From Octopus sinensis (Eukaryota), in assembly GCF_006345805.1 (NCBI RefSeq), contig NC_042998.1, forward strand, positions 165,664,001 to 165,728,000: a DNA stretch of 64,000 nucleotides, in the 5' to 3' direction. Shown in pieces: positions 1 through 14,922 of this stretch (the stretch's first letter is position 1; the number at the start of each line of letters is the position of its first letter). Both the position numbers and the translations under genes were made by a program. The notes under the pieces are model-generated. The model ran no database searches, was not told the origin of the DNA, and saw only the letters and a list, made by a program, of their open reading frames with translations.

Positions 1-2409
1 CCGTCCGTCACCGTAGATTGATACTTTATTTATCGACTCTGCAAGGTGGAAAGGCAAGGCTGTTTTCGGCGGGGATTTGAATCCAGAAAAAACGCTCTGC
101 ATATCGTCCGGCATTTCTGCTAATTTACCGCTTTAGCGTTTTTTTTCCCCACAATTTTTTGTTCGGAGTTCAAATTTCACTTCAGGTGAATTTGTCTATG
201 AGCTTTGTATCAGTTTCATATGTGAATGATTTAATCGATCATGTGTCAGAAGACATAATTTTGCAAATGTTGAGCTTCCACCCGCAATAACCTACTGGCT
301 AAGTATGTTTTTTGTCTATTCAAAGTTCTAGCACTTGCTACTTCGTGGTCAGATTTTACCAACGCAGATCATTTTTTGTTTTCTTTATTTCTCAAAAGTA
401 TAGCGACCTGTATAGTAACAAAACCGATTCATCATGTAAGCCACGTGAGAAAATTTTAGAAGCTTTTTAATAAGACAGTAAATGTATAAAGACATGTGTG
501 CTTACTCGAAACAAACAATTTGTATCGTGATAGAGTCATAGTAACCATAAAAATTTAGTTTTATTATTATTTTACATCAAGTTGTTATGTACAGAAGTAA
601 TGTATCAGAAAGAAGATCATAGGTGCACAACGAAAATCTTTTATACTTAATATTATATAACATTGATTTTTTAAATCTATAAATAATGTAAATGTGAATA
701 TAACAATATGCGAGTATGTTTTAATTGCTACAATGACAAAAACTTAGATATCTACAAACATTTTAACTTATTTCAGTATACAACATGTTTAATATTGCTT
801 GCATTGAAATTATCTTTTTACGTATTAAATAGGTGTCATTTCTTGTTTCTTTTTAAAATATAATATTGTATGAAATAAACAATTTTTTTAGTAGGGTTTT
901 CCTGTAAATTACATAATTCAACTTCACAAAAAGAAAGACTTCTTGTTTTACGTTAATTATTTTACTAAATTTCATTGTTATATTTCATAAAACAATGATT
1001 TCAATCTGATTAGTCAGTAACTTCCGTTGCTATAATCTTTATTCAAGGTTTCTAACCGTTATAAATGGTTTCAATTGAAACATTAAAGATCTTTGCCTTT
1101 CATCCTTTCGGGGTCGACAAATTAAGTACCAGTCACGTACTGGGTCGATGTAATCGACTTAATCCGTTTGCCTGTCCTTGTTTGTCCCCTCTATGTTTAG
1201 CCCCTTGTGGGTAGTAAAGATTTAATATAAGAATAAACACCATTTCCGGAAAAGATACAAAAAAGAATAATTGTTTAGAATTTACTGAAGGTTGAAAATA
1301 ATGTAAATAATGGAAATGATCCTTAAGATGTACTATAGAAAACAAAAATTATGAATAAAACGCGGTTTTTGATAAAAAGATAACATTACAAACTTCATTG
1401 ACAATTTGCAGAGTATTAACATTGTTGAGATAAAAGCTTCAAAAAAAAAAAAAAAAGAAATCTTATTCTACAGCTTTATAAAAATGTTGATAATTTTGTT
1501 TCCTTTGAAAGACAAATTGTTTTTAAAAAATATCAAATACTCCACTTTTTGTTCGTATTTTATTTCTTTCAATCCAAAAGCAAAAATCAAAAGAAAGAAA
1601 ATTCAAAAATATTTTTTAAATGACTTCAGCTCTCTGTTATGTTATTTTCTCAACATATTCTTTATTTGCTGTTTAATCTCCTTATCCATCTTTAAATGGC
1701 TCCGCCTGTGAAGTAGGTTTTAACGCTTTGAAGGAGGAAGTTCAAGACGACATATCAGCCATAAGTGACAAGAAAGATTGTTTCGATAGTTATTAAGCAA
1801 AACTTTCCTTGAAGACTATTGCTATTGTTTTCAAGTCCAAGGTGGAATGTTTCCCCTAATCCGAAGAGCTAGGGGTTCTCTCTCTAACGTCATGTAAGGA
1901 GTGTTTTGCTAAAAGCGGCATTCCGATAATCCTTGTTATCATTTAACAAGAATGTGAAAATCTTTTCTCAATGTTTGTCTAATTGTCAACAGTCCCACTA
2001 GCTTCACCAATAACGTTGTTGTTGCTGCTACTGCTGCCTCCTTTTTGTGAGACAACATCTTGATATATGGATTATTAGAAGTGTCAATGTACATGTTACC
2101 AGTTTCTTTCGGCGAATTACTGGTATGTGTGTTATTGATAATGCAAAATTGTTTTTGTGCTCATTCAGTGTTTGTTACAAGTTACGTTACTCCTACCAAT
2201 ACCTGTTAATTAGTTTTTAGTTAGTAATAAAATAAAATACAAAATCTAAAGCCTTAGCTTTCGCTTTATACCTCTATCTAGGCTCATAGAAGTTTTCTGA
2301 AGAAATAGATTGTATTCTTCGGCAAGAGGCACAGGATGATGACACTTCTAAATATGTAATGAAAGAGTGAGCTATTTTAAATGATTATAATAATGATGAT
2401 TTCTCACGT

Positions 2410-4015
2410 AAGTACAAGGCCAGACATTAGGAGTGGTCAGCCAATTAAACAGACGGCTACATTATTTTATCGGCCTTGAAAAAGGAACGGCAAAGGTGAC
2501 GTACGAGCAAATTTGAAGGCAGAGTGCAGAGAGTCGAAACAGGGCATTGTATCTTATGCCCTAATGACTTTATGATCATTAGTAGGGCAGCAAAGGTGGC
2601 AAGCTGACGGAATCGTTAGCACGTCGCAAAAAATGCTTAACGGCATTTCCTCCGGCTCTACGTTCAGTGTTCTGCCGAAGTTGACCTACCTTACATCCTT
2701 TCGGGTCCGAGAAAATAAATATCAATTGAGCATTGAAGTCGATGTAATAGACTACCCCTCACCCAAATTTCAGGCCTATAGTAAGAAGAATTATTATGAT
2801 TGTTATTTCGGTTATTAAAAGTAGGGGAGCTGGCAGAATTATTATCGCTTCGGAAAAAAAGTGTTTTGTGGCATTTCCACTGACTGATTACGTTCTGAGT
2901 TCAAATCCCAAAGGAATCAACTTTGTCTTTCGTCTTTTCGGCATCAGTACCAGTCAAATACTGAATCCGATGTAATCAGCGTCTCCCTCCCCGCTAAAAC
3001 TGCTGGCTTTGTGCAAAAACTTGAAAGAAGTATTAACGTTCCTTTCCTTTTTACTACTATAGCTACAAAGTCTGAAATTTGGAGAGAGGGGGGCTAGTCG
3101 ATTACATCGTCTCCAATGTTCAACTAGTACTAATTTTATTGAACTCCGAAAAAATACCCGGCGTAGTGCGTGAATGTCATTTCGTCCATCTTTGCGTTCT
3201 GAGTTTAAATTCTGCTGAGGTCGACTTTGCTTTTCATCATTTCGGGGTCGATAAAATAAGTACTAGTTGAGCATTGGGGTCGATGTAATTGATTTACCTC
3301 ATCTCCCGAAATTGCTGGCCTTGTGCCAAAATTTTAAACCAATATTAGAAACAATAATGATTACTATTTTGAGCGGTGGATTTGCAGAATCAATGGAATA
3401 TCAGGCAAAAAATATCTTACGGCATTTGGTTATGGCCCTTTAAATTCTGAGTTCAAATCTCACCAGTCTTTTTGGGATCGATAAAAAATGTATTAGTGAA
3501 AAACTGGGGCAATTTAAACGTCCATATCCATCCCCGAAATTTCTGGTCCTGTGCCTATGTTATAAAGGATTGTTATTTAATGCGTTGAACCGGCAAAATC
3601 GATAAATGTCAAACAAAATACCTTTCAGCTTTTCAATTAAGTTCTGTGTTCAATTCTTGCCGAGGGAAGGTCACCTTTCACCATTCCAAGTCAATAAAAT
3701 AAGTGTTACTAATGTTGACTTTATAGACACCCCCCTTCCCTGTAGTTTCTGACCTTGTGCTTATATTAGAAACAATTATTTTTATCTAAGGCAGCGAGCT
3801 ATGAGAGTCGTTAGTGCGTCGAACAAAATGTTCAGCAGAATTTCCTCCGGCTCTACATTCAAAGTTCAAATTCCACCATGGTCGACTCTGCCATTTATCT
3901 TTTCGGGATTTCTAAAATAACGTACTAGTTGAGCACTGGGGGTGGGGGATCGATGTAACTGACTTACGTCTTCCCCTAAAATTGATAGTCTTGTGCCAAG
4001 ATTTGAAAACGTTAT
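2410..4015. mobile_element. Cluster of about 8 diverged SINE family A copies (mostly +; two -)
   Basis: Repeated gtcgactttg..cttt(c)gggtcgataaaataagtac..gatgtaatcgac cores near 2600, 2830, 3190, 3370, 3600 and 3790; reverse copies near 2420 and 3070. Confidence 0.8.
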
Positions 4016-5202
4016 TGTTATTTCTCATATGGGAATAAAGGCCACGCTTTCGATGAAGTTGAACCAATGGACTCGACAATATGGTTGATGTTTACTTTAT
4101 CGATTCTAAACATAGCTAGCATTCATTTTATCAGCTAACCAAAGGGTATGTAGAGCAATGTCAACTTCCATGGAATACGTGTTCAGAGTATACAGAGCAT
4201 AACTAAACATTATATGCTAAACATTTTGTTCGATTTCTACCACTAACTCCATTATTGAACGGTACTCCAGACAACAAATTAAATTAGAAAAATAGTAAGG
4301 TTTTAAAAGCAAAGAAGCCATTTGATAAATCTCGCAATTTGAGGCTATAGAGCAGCATTACAATAAGGAAGAAGCACACACATAGCAAAATTCAAACAGA
4401 ATATAGCTACCAAAAAAATTGTAAAGCAAACTCTTTCTACGGAAATACCCAATAAGACTGAACAGGAAATGACAAATTTCAAAAGCAAGTCACACTTATG
4501 TATCATATTTAAGGATATAGGAGTTTCCACATTTATATATGAACTCTTTCTTTCAAGAGTTGTTACCGAAAAATATTTAAAACAGACTAAATGTACATGT
4601 ATATGTGTATATACACATGCACACACATAGAAAGGTGCATGGGATATGGAGGCACTGGAGGTATTTTGGACCATTACAAATGACAAAATATAAGCAGAAA
4701 GATGTAATAAATTTATTTATGAATATTTTGATAAGTGTTATTACTAGTTTAAAGGTTCCTAAGGTGGTACCCAAGGATAGATTATCTTCGGTGGATTTAC
4801 ACAAACTATACAACAATGAGTCTTGTGATTAAGAAAGATAATATTTGTTTCAAACTTTGCCACAAGACCAGCAGTTTTTGAGGGGGGTAGAAGTTGGTAC
4901 ATCGACCACAGTGTTCAACCGGCACTTACTTCATTAACTCCGAATGAGGAAAGGAAAAGTCGACCACGTCGGAATTTGAACACGGAACGTAAAGACGGAC
5001 GAAATACTGCGAAGAATTATTCTTGGCTTACTTACGATTCTGCTAGCTCGCTGCCTTTCAGAAAGGTAATACTATCGTTAGAGAATGATAAACCTTATAT
5101 TAAATGAAAATAGAATCCGAAGAAACTAGTAGTGGTCAGCTCATCAAAAGATTTTTAGTAAAGCTTGGATATTTAGATAAAATTCATGAGCTGCAGGGAG
5201 AT

Positions 5203-5250
5203 GAGAATCCTAACGTTTCAAGAAAGTCCTTGGTCGTCAGAGAAAAACTC
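5203..5250 (-). ncRNA. Degenerate minimal hammerhead-like motif
   Basis: Minus strand gagtttttct-CUGACGA-ccaaggactttctt-GAAAC-GUU-aggattctc. The core is intact, but stems I and II are imperfect. Confidence 0.4.
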
Positions 5251-8200
5251 TCTCACTAAAACATTGCATAAAGTTGTCTTTTTCTTGATATATGAATGAA
5301 TTATAATATAAAGATACAAAAGTTAATATATATATATATATATAAAAACAGTGATAAAACTCAACTAAACTGCTTTGTATTTTTTCCAGGAAATGTGAGA
5401 TATTTTTGTCAAAAGTTTACGTATCTCCCGTTTTCTAGAAATTTCCCTAAACATTTTCCCGAAATATGAGGAGCTATAACTGAGCTTTATAGATACGGTT
5501 CAAGATAAAACCCTTGATTATTCTTCAAAAGCCGCTTGTTCGTCACTTGCTTTCATTGCAACATTTAACTTTGCATTTATATAAAGTGCCTAAATGATAA
5601 ACTGCTTGGTATTTTTTAGTGAATTTGCTACCAATATGGCAAAGGAGTTCTTGAAGCGAGATTTGTGAAACTGCTTAGTAAGTAATGTCCTTAGTGTCTT
5701 GAAACTTGGATCTTAACCAAGTAGTAGCAAATTCAGTTATGGTTAGTTCACATTACTCCATAAGGAGCATAGAACCGGTTTCCCAGATTCACTGCTATAT
5801 ATGTTCCTCCCTGGACGGAACGCAGGTCCGTCGCAGGATTACTCATTTCACCAGCTGAGTGGAGCAACGTCAAATGAAGTGTTTTGCTAACGAATACAAC
5901 GTATCACCCGGTCATCGCTCATTCCAGGAATCGAAACCACAATCTTACGATCATGAATCCAACACCCTAACCACTAGACTGCCAGTTAAGCTATAGATCC
6001 TCACATTTTTGGAAAATGCTTAAGAGAATTTGTTGAAAACGAGACTTTCATAAACTTTTGATAAAAATGTATTACGTTCAAAGGGAAGAAAATGGCTGTT
6101 TAGTCAAGTCTACTGTTTTATAGAAATGTTAACATTGTCGCTGTATACTGGTTTCAAATTTTGGCACTAGACTAGCAATTTGGAGAAGTGGATAAGTCAA
6201 TTACTTCAACTGATACTTATTTTATCGATCTCGAAAGGGATGAAAGGCTAAGTCGGCCTCGGCGACATTTGAACTCAGAACGTAATAAATGTCGCTAATC
6301 ATTTTTACCGGTACAGTAACGATTCTGCCGGCTCGTCGCCTTAGATTTGTCACAGTATGTTAAACATTGTATTCATTTTAAAGGGTCTGCGTGTGGCGAG
6401 TTAGGGATCAGCGATGACCATGTACTAAATGCAATAAATATTACTGTTTAGCCGATCTATTAAGTTATTTTCTTGTAGTTTATAGAACTACTTTTCAAAT
6501 AATATTTAATTTCAGAATCATCAGGAAAAATATTTAATATATTTATATTGCTTTATATACTGGTTGAGTGAGATCCGTAGAAGCAAGGAACTTGGCTTGA
6601 CAAACTCGTAATCCAATTTTGATTCCTGTTATAAACATTTCGGTTAATTTTACCAACACCAATTATCTCAAGAGGAAAGTAAAGATGTTACATTTTATAC
6701 CTTCCTTCTAAATCGCCAGCATTGTATGGAGTTAAGCTGATAAAATAAGATGATATAAACGAGAGGCGAGTGCTATTGTGTAAGGCAAAGCTTACAGATG
6801 ATCATGAAAACCAGTTTCGATTCTTGATCAGAGCAATATAATTTCGTTGATTTGATACCGTAAAGCCCTTCACAAAGACATGAGTGCCTCGCAAGCGTAT
6901 CCTACACACACAATTTGAGAGCGTGTATCCGTATAATAAATAAATATAATGTTAAATGAGACCTTGACGACAAGGGAGATCAGTTCCGAAAAGTTATTTT
7001 AGACTCGACGGATCTATTACCAGACAGTATGTTGACAAGACAAATTAGAGGTGGATTACTAGCAGTGTGAAGATCTGGTTGGAACATCATAAATGTACAA
7101 CATTACGTAACTTCAAATGTATTGGAATAAAGTCGTGAAATAGAAACGTTTTTTTTTTTAAATCTATTCTTAATCAATACATTACGGGCGCGAAAAAAAT
7201 AAGCTAAAGCCGGATGTGTCTGAAATGTTAAATATAACATTGCTATAATGGGTTTTAATTTAGCAAGTTTTGTAATATTTGTGTATAAGATGGTTGTTAG
7301 TGGGTTAATCTTTAAGTGTACACATTATTTGATATAGACTTTACCCTCTCATTCGAACAAACACAGTTCTAGCGTGTGAACGCGAAAGAAAAGAAAGAAG
7401 GAATTTATACAGGAAGTGTAATATTTTTGCTCCCCTCCACCCCCGTCTATAAAGGATTGATTTTTTTTATCTAATATGTTTATATAACTGTCGGGTGAAG
7501 GAAATGTGTTTCTTTTCACAAATTTCAAGCCACTTCTGAATGTTGATCAATGTCTAACTTTTTCATGACTAATCCCCAGAATCCGCTACTTATTTACATT
7601 TTCACATCTTTAAACTGTCTCAAACAATGACTTGTCGTTAAAGAATGTAATTTCCCCGACTCCTCCCATATAACAGCTCTCCTACAAGTCATTTATGCTG
7701 ACCTACCCATTCTCACTTTCATTATGTAACACAAATTCCTCTCTTTGTTTCACTGAACATTTCTTGGACCAACAAAAAAAAAATACAGCTAAATCAATTT
7801 TGTGTAATGCCCTAATCAGACCCGAGAGATACTGCAAAGTGAAGTTAAAATCAATGTCTCTTTCCCCATTTTTCTAAAGATAGATGACTTCGCTGGGATC
7901 TTAAGAAAATATTCAACTACACAACAAAGTCTAAATCACTTGATCAACAAACTTACAAATTGTTTAACTGGTTTGTAGCAAGGCTGTTGCAGGAGATTAG
8001 CCACCACATTATCAATTTGGCATCGTTCGAAGTGCTAGCTTATACATGTTTAACCATAGCTATATTTAGCTAGGCATGTCTATTTTCTTCAGTGTTTGTA
8101 TAACAGTTTTATACGCTTATCCTAAATTTAAATTTACTCCTTCAAGTTTTATTTTTAAAATCTTAATACTTTAGATTATTGTCGTGAAGAATTTGACTCC

Positions 8201-9788
8201 ATTTATAGGAATTTTAATCCAGAAAACATCTAGTCTCCTTTCATTTTATCAGTTTAAATGAGAATATAGGCACATTCGACTTGTTTTATACATGAAATAT
8301 TTTATTTCCCATTGCAACGTAAAGAAACAAACTTTTATCGTTAGACTAATTTACTCAGCTCTTCGAAGAATTGTCGAATTAAGTTAAAGGAGAAATCTAT
8401 TTTCAGTCGGTTTTCTAAAATTTTGTGTTTAGTCAGTTTATTTTAAAAACGAATTTGTATTTTATGTAAAACTACCATTTAAAAAATTAACATCTACATA
8501 GCAGTTTAAATAAGTATCAATTTTAAGTTTATCAGAATCTTAGCAAAATTACTGACTCTACAAACAGTGTGGGTATCTAAGATTACATTATTCATTTTGT
8601 CCTTCCTTTTTTTAGTGATATTTGGTTGCTATTTCTTATACATAGAGATTTTTCATATTTCCACCGACTGATGCCATTCACAAGGTATTGATCACAGTAC
8701 TAATTGATCCAGTTATTGATCACAGTACTTAATTAAAACTAATTTTATCAACCCTGGATTGGGTGAAAGGCAAAGGAAACCATTGCAGGATTTGAACTCA
8801 CTACTTTTTGTCTCTAATTATTTACCAATGCTGTTGTCAATACCCAAAATATTTGCCTGTAACGTTGACACTATTCTTCTCATTTTTCAAATACCACTCG
8901 ATTTTCACTCATAATAAGTTTGGGTGATGGAGAGAAAAGTCGAATATATCGACTCCAATAATTGGTTGGTGCTTATTGTATTAATTCGAATGCAGTGCGG
9001 AAGGCATACATTAGCCATTCAAAAAACACACAAAGACTGTTAACTTCACTTAAACATTTTATTATTTAGTGTCAAAATTTTTGTCGCACGAGCAGCGACC
9101 TGGTCACAAATGAGGTTCCACTGCATGATTCTTCATGCACAAAATAACACTGAGTAACATGATGTTTTTCCTTGGGTAGCAACTGTTATTTCCTATTCGC
9201 TTACCCCTAGAAAGTATGAAAAGTGGTTAATATTTCCTTCAAATTTTGCTTTTGTTACATTTATTCAAACCCCAAAGAGTCCCTTTCAACATGTGGATAT
9301 CATACTTCTCCACAACTCCTGCTCGTAATCAGAGATACACATATTGTCAGCCACTAAGGGACATGCTCAAGTGGTTAAGGTCAAGCAAGTAACAAGCAAA
9401 ACTGTGGCATTCAACAGAATATTTGCTATAATGATATTTATGTTTCAGCAACACAAGGAAATACTTCAAGGAATTGCCGCGCAAGGTTAGAGTATGACAT
9501 GTTATTCAGGGAGTTGAAAAACGAATAAGGGAAGTAACTCCGATAATCTCGGCCAATTGTTTGGTGTGGGGGAAAACAATGGGTATTCTTCGATCTTATT
9601 TGGGCTCCTCATTTAAGCATATTATACTAAGAATGAATTGGAAGTGATCAGTAGATAAATTGTAGGTAATACAATGTCAAATGACGTAAGCTGGTAGATG
9701 CATACAATTAATCTTCAGGTCAAATCCGTGCTTAAACACCGACATTTGTGTGTATGTGCGCGCGTGCGTGCGTGCGTGTATGTATATG

Positions 9789-10780
9789 TGAGGTGTATTC
9801 CAGAAGTTTTGAGACTCTTTCAGGAGAGGCATTTCTTAATTTCGAAGAAGTACAAAACACAAAACTTCTCCAAAGTAGGATCCTCTGACTTCAATGCACT
9901 AATACACGTGTAGCGCTCCAGCCACTTCGGAAAAGCCCCCACGGAAGTCTTCCAAAGTGAAGGAATCAATGACCACAAAGTGTTCTTTGTCGACCGTCTG
10001 GCTAGAGAGAATCCAGAGGATGTAGATGATGCCTTTGCTGTCGAAAAAGATCATCATGAGCTTCCCGGTGGACTTGCATTGCTTGAGACACTTGTGCCTG
10101 CAAAAGCAGATGTTTGGCTCATAGAAGTTAATCCACAAGCAGTTTGGAGCAGTTCATAAGTTTCTATAGCGTTTTCCCCCAGTTTAACAGAACATTTTAT
10201 TGCATAGCTATCTTCCAAATTGTCTTCACGTCCCAACTACATTCTGCAGACTAGTCTACTGTGACAAGCATTGTTAAGCATAATGTCTTCAAAGTGCTGT
10301 TACAGCCGGTTCCTTCAGTTTAGAATAACAAAAGTTGGCAGGTCAGCTTATTAGATGTATAGTAATGTTGTTGTTGTTGTTGTTTGTTCCTTCCCAAGCC
10401 ATGCCTGGCTCATAAGGGCCGTTTTCCCGGTTTTATTGGCGTATAGGTCCCCACCTGGGCGGGACGCCGGTCCGCCTCAGGTGAGCTGCTAGTTGCAGAA
10501 GGAAAGAGTAAGAGAAATTTGTAGCGAAAGGGTCAGCAGAAGTTCGCCATAACCTTCTGCCGGAGCCGCGTGGAGCTTAGGTGTTTCGCTCATAAACACA
10601 CACATCGCCTGGTCTGAGATTCGAACCTGCGATCCCTCGACCGCGATTCCGCTGCTCTAACCACTAGGTCATGTGCCTCCACAGATGTATAATAAGGATA
10701 TACTAAAATTACAATAATTTGGGAGTTATAAATGCCTCTCCTAAAAAAAAAGTCTCAAAACTTCTACAATGCTCCTGTAT
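9789..10780 (-). mobile_element. Internally deleted older mariner relic containing a SINE insertion
   Basis: Inverted 15-mer agaagttttgagact (9802-16) / agtctcaaaacttct (10751-65). The minus strand gives YAIKCSVKLGENAIETYELLQTACG, then KSTGKLMMIFFDSKGIIY (N-terminus fused to the mid catalytic domain). Confidence 0.75.
10385..10682 (-). mobile_element. tRNA-derived SINE family D
   Basis: tRNA-like head (gttcgaatctcag, gtggttagagcagcgg on the minus strand). Homologous to 33915-34220. Confidence 0.8.
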
Positions 10781-10804
10781 ACTTCTACAAGGCACGTAAA
10801 TACA

Positions 10805-10865
<61 letters not shown>

Positions 10866-11187
10866 ATGTATGTATGTATGTATGTATGTATGTATGTATG
10901 TATGTATTGGCCAGACCTAGGATCAAGGCATTCCAGTTATGACTTTCCTTTTATAAGAGAGTAAAAAGTGTAATTTATTTCTTACAAGGCGAGCGACCTC
11001 TTAGATGTCTCTTAGTTGTTTTGTCTATCGTCACAGCAAGGTGAATAAAAGAAATAGATTTCACCGAAGAGAGAAAAATCAGTAAAGGATAGTTTACTGC
11101 AATGAAACTTTCTTCAACGCTCTCTCTCTGTTGAATTTTACCTTGCGGAATTGAATGCTGGCAAACAATGACTCCCTTGTCTCCGTA

Positions 11188-11232
<45 letters not shown>

Positions 11233-11999
11233 TGTGCTATTCAAATATTAACCTGTTTTCTGTTTATTTTCACGAATTTTAACGACGTCTCCGAGAAAGT
11301 TGATGATAATTTCATTAATGTATTAAGTTGTTACCGGCCTTCCATAAACAATGCTGGCAAGTAGCACAAGGGTAAGGAGTGGGGTGGGGGGGGTCATCAA
11401 AACCCTAATGTGTTTGTTTTATTAATTTTTATTAAATTTTTTCTCCGTTTTATTTCTCTGTCGTCTTACCGCATATTTTTATTGTTTTGTTGTTGATTTT
11501 GTCGTTATTATATCTCTGTCATCATCGCCGTCATCATCATCCTTTTTCTTCGTCACCAAAATTTTTGTTGCATCATCACCAAAGCAAACCAATGTTTCAG
11601 TTACATTTTTTCCCCAAACATGTAATCAAGACATTCCAGCTCATTCATAGGAAAACTGCAACCAACAAACCGCATTCGACCCGCAGGATTTGCCAAATAG
11701 CACGCTAACGAAAATTCACCTTGAATATTTTTAGTAGTGCTGTCTGCTTGACGATAAGCCATGTCTCATGCGGCCCACTTCTCGAAGAAGGTTGCCCATA
11801 CTTGTTCTTGCTAAACGTTTTGAGGAACACCAAAATTATTCGCACATTTTCGAAAATTATACATTAGATAATGTAATCCTCTATTCCCTATATATATGGG
11901 GAAATGGAACGGTTGCGGCTGGAGCGCTATTGATCACAGATCTGTTAAAGCCCTTATTTCATTATGACGTTGTTGCTGTTAGTGGCTGTTGATTGAACA

Positions 12000-12345
12000 G
12001 GGTAAAGACCCACTTCGGTCATGAATGACCATGAACATTGGATGCATCTACAAAGTTCCCCTCCGAGGCACAAATCTGGGTGAAGTTGTTTATGGAAGAC
12101 CAGTAGTCGCTCATGCATACCAGTCTCCCCTCTCCACGCCACCGATTTTATCCGAGGGAAAAGCAAAGGCCAATACAGCTTGACACCAGTGACGTTGCAA
12201 CTCTTTTCTACAGTTGAGTGAACTGGAGAAACGTGAAATAAAGTGTCTTGCTCAAGAACATAACACACTGGCCTGTCCAGGAATCAAACTCACTACTTCA
12301 CAATTGTAAACCCGACGCTCTAACCACTGAGCCATGTGCCTTCAC
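12000..12345 (-). mobile_element. SINE family C copy; related heads and cores with other tails at 5770-5985, 28260-28550 and 35820-35992 (all minus)
   Basis: Reverse complement of the 21470 copy over almost its full length. Confidence 0.8.
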
Positions 12346-12548
12346 TAATTGACTAGACCTATGATCAATAGCATTTCAACAACAATTTTGAAAGATTTTG
12401 AGAGAATTATATTATCTACTATGTCATTTCTGTTTTCGAGTGTGGGGAGTGAGATTTGAGGATTTATTTATCAAAGTTCTCACTGTGACTCGTCTTCGTT
12501 GGTTCGTATTCCTCGTTGGCTTTTCAGAAGTGTGTGTAAGTGTATCTG

Positions 12549-12696
<148 letters not shown>

Positions 12697-12832
12697 CCAA
12701 GGAAGTCAGTTCATGGTGGGAAAAACCTTTTTCCTTTTTTCTTTTTTGAGGTGGAGATAGAAATAGAATGTGGGACAAAAAAGTTGAGAAACTCATAGAC
12801 AGCTTGATTGATTGATTGATTGATTGACTGAC

Positions 12833-12869
<37 letters not shown>

Positions 12870-13827
12870 CACCAATAGTTACTTTCAGTTTGGTGAATGT
12901 TTTGGGCTGTTGAGAGGAGCTAAATCACTTCATCATGAACCGCTAACACATTGGCTTATTATCCTATACTCCAAACGCTCCCCACCTGTAGCTTCCGAAT
13001 AATTAATGATTGATTTAAATATCAAAAATTGAATACCGTTGTCAAGCAAACATCTTTCTCTTGAACGAAATCTCTGAACCTGGTATTCTGTCGTTCTCTT
13101 TTGCCGAAACGCTAGATAACGGAAAGGTAAACAAGCTAACACCGGTTGTCCAACGGTGTAGAGTAACAAACATAACACAAACACAAAGGCATGCACACGC
13201 GCTCGCACGCATATCGAGGTAATAATGGAGATAGACACAGTTAGGCTTGATGTAAATATATTTACATAGGGGCACAAAAAATACAGAATTCGAAAAAGTA
13301 TATAATTTCATAACTCGACAGCTGTTTCAGGAACCTCGGAGTTACTTAATAATCATAGTAATCATAATTTGTAGATGAAATGTACAAAGTCATCGCCACA
13401 TAATCGGTAACCAGTCACATGAAGATATTACAATAAGTTTAAGCCTGGCTCTCCACATCAAGAGAAGATTGGCAAATGCGGTTCTTATGGTAGTGTTAGC
13501 AAAAATAAAAGATTAATGGAAGAAGGGAAGCAGAACGAATTCAAGGACGAAAGAAAAAGGAGGAAGGTTAACTTCTAGCACATAAGAAGAGAGGGAGAAA
13601 TGTAGACTAGAAGAAATAGAGAGAAGAGAGAAGGCGAAAAGATAAAGTTAAAATCAGGTTAGCGAAAGGAGACCTCACGAGTGGTAAAGATAATGTTGAT
13701 GTGTGTGTGTGTATATCTGTGTTTGTGCATGCGTGTGTGAATGCGTATGTTGTTCATGCGTGTGTTGTGCATGCGTGTGTTGTGCATGCGCGCGTGTGTG
13801 TGTGTGTGCGTGTGTGTGTGTGTGTGT

Positions 13828-13881
<54 letters not shown>

Positions 13882-14500
13882 ATGCGTGTGAGTGTGTTAT
13901 TCAAAACAGTTTGATTTGGTACCATGCGATTTATTGTTTTGCAGGCCTGCCTCTTTCAGGCTTTAGACAACCGACGATCACATACATGCATGACGGATTC
14001 ATTTCAGTTTCCCTCTGCCAAATTCACTCACTAAGCTTTAATCAGCTCAGGACTATTGCAGAAGACCCTAGCCCAAGATTCCACGCAGTGGGACTAAATC
14101 CAACACTACATGGTCGAGAAGCAAGCCTTAGTATTATTCCTTGTTAAATTTTATATTATCATGGAAATAGTCGTCATTCATATGTGTAAACTGAAGTGAT
14201 TTCTTCCATTTCGTTTTTAATTTTTTGAAAGTGTCAGTCAATATTATAAAGAAATTATCAGCATCTTCTTTATTCTGCCATCAATAAAAGCGATTACCGA
14301 TTCCGTCGAACATCCGATTATGTATTTCCTGTGTTACTACATAGAGGCTCTTGGCTGTGGTAAATCTGCTTCTCGACCACATAGTTTCGGGTTCAGTTCC
14401 TCTGCGTAGCGCCATGGGTAAATGTCTTCAACTATAGCCTAGGGCCAACCAAAGCCTTGTGAGTGGATTTAGTTGACGGATTTAGTTGTAGTGGATTTAT

Positions 14501-14922
14501 AAGGCGGCAAGCTGGCAGAAACGTTAGCACGCCGGGCGAAATGCTGAACGGTATTTCGTCTGCCGCTACGTTCTGGGTTCAAATTCCGCCGAGGTCGACT
14601 TTGCCTTTCATCCTTTCGCGGTCGATTAAATAAGTACCAGTTATGCACTGGGGTCGATGTAATCGACTTCATCCGTTTGTCTGTCCTTGTTTGTCCTCTC
14701 TGTGTTTAACCCCTTGTGGGTAGTAAAGAAATAGGTATTTCGTCTGCCGTTACGTTCTGAGTTCAAATTCCGCCGAGGTCGACTTTGCCTTTCATCCTTT
14801 CGGAGTCGATAAATTAAGAACTAGTTACGCACTGGGGTCGATGTAATCGACTTCATCTCTTTGCCTGTCCTTGTTTGTCCACTCTATGTTTATCCCCTTG
14901 TGGGTAGTAAAGAAATAGGTAT
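14501..14922 (+). mobile_element. SINE family A dimer (full head plus one headless 184-bp unit)
   Basis: Junction aaagaaatag|gtatttcgtctg at 14734/5. Second unit 14735-14918, then 4 nt (gtat) of a third. Confidence 0.9.
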
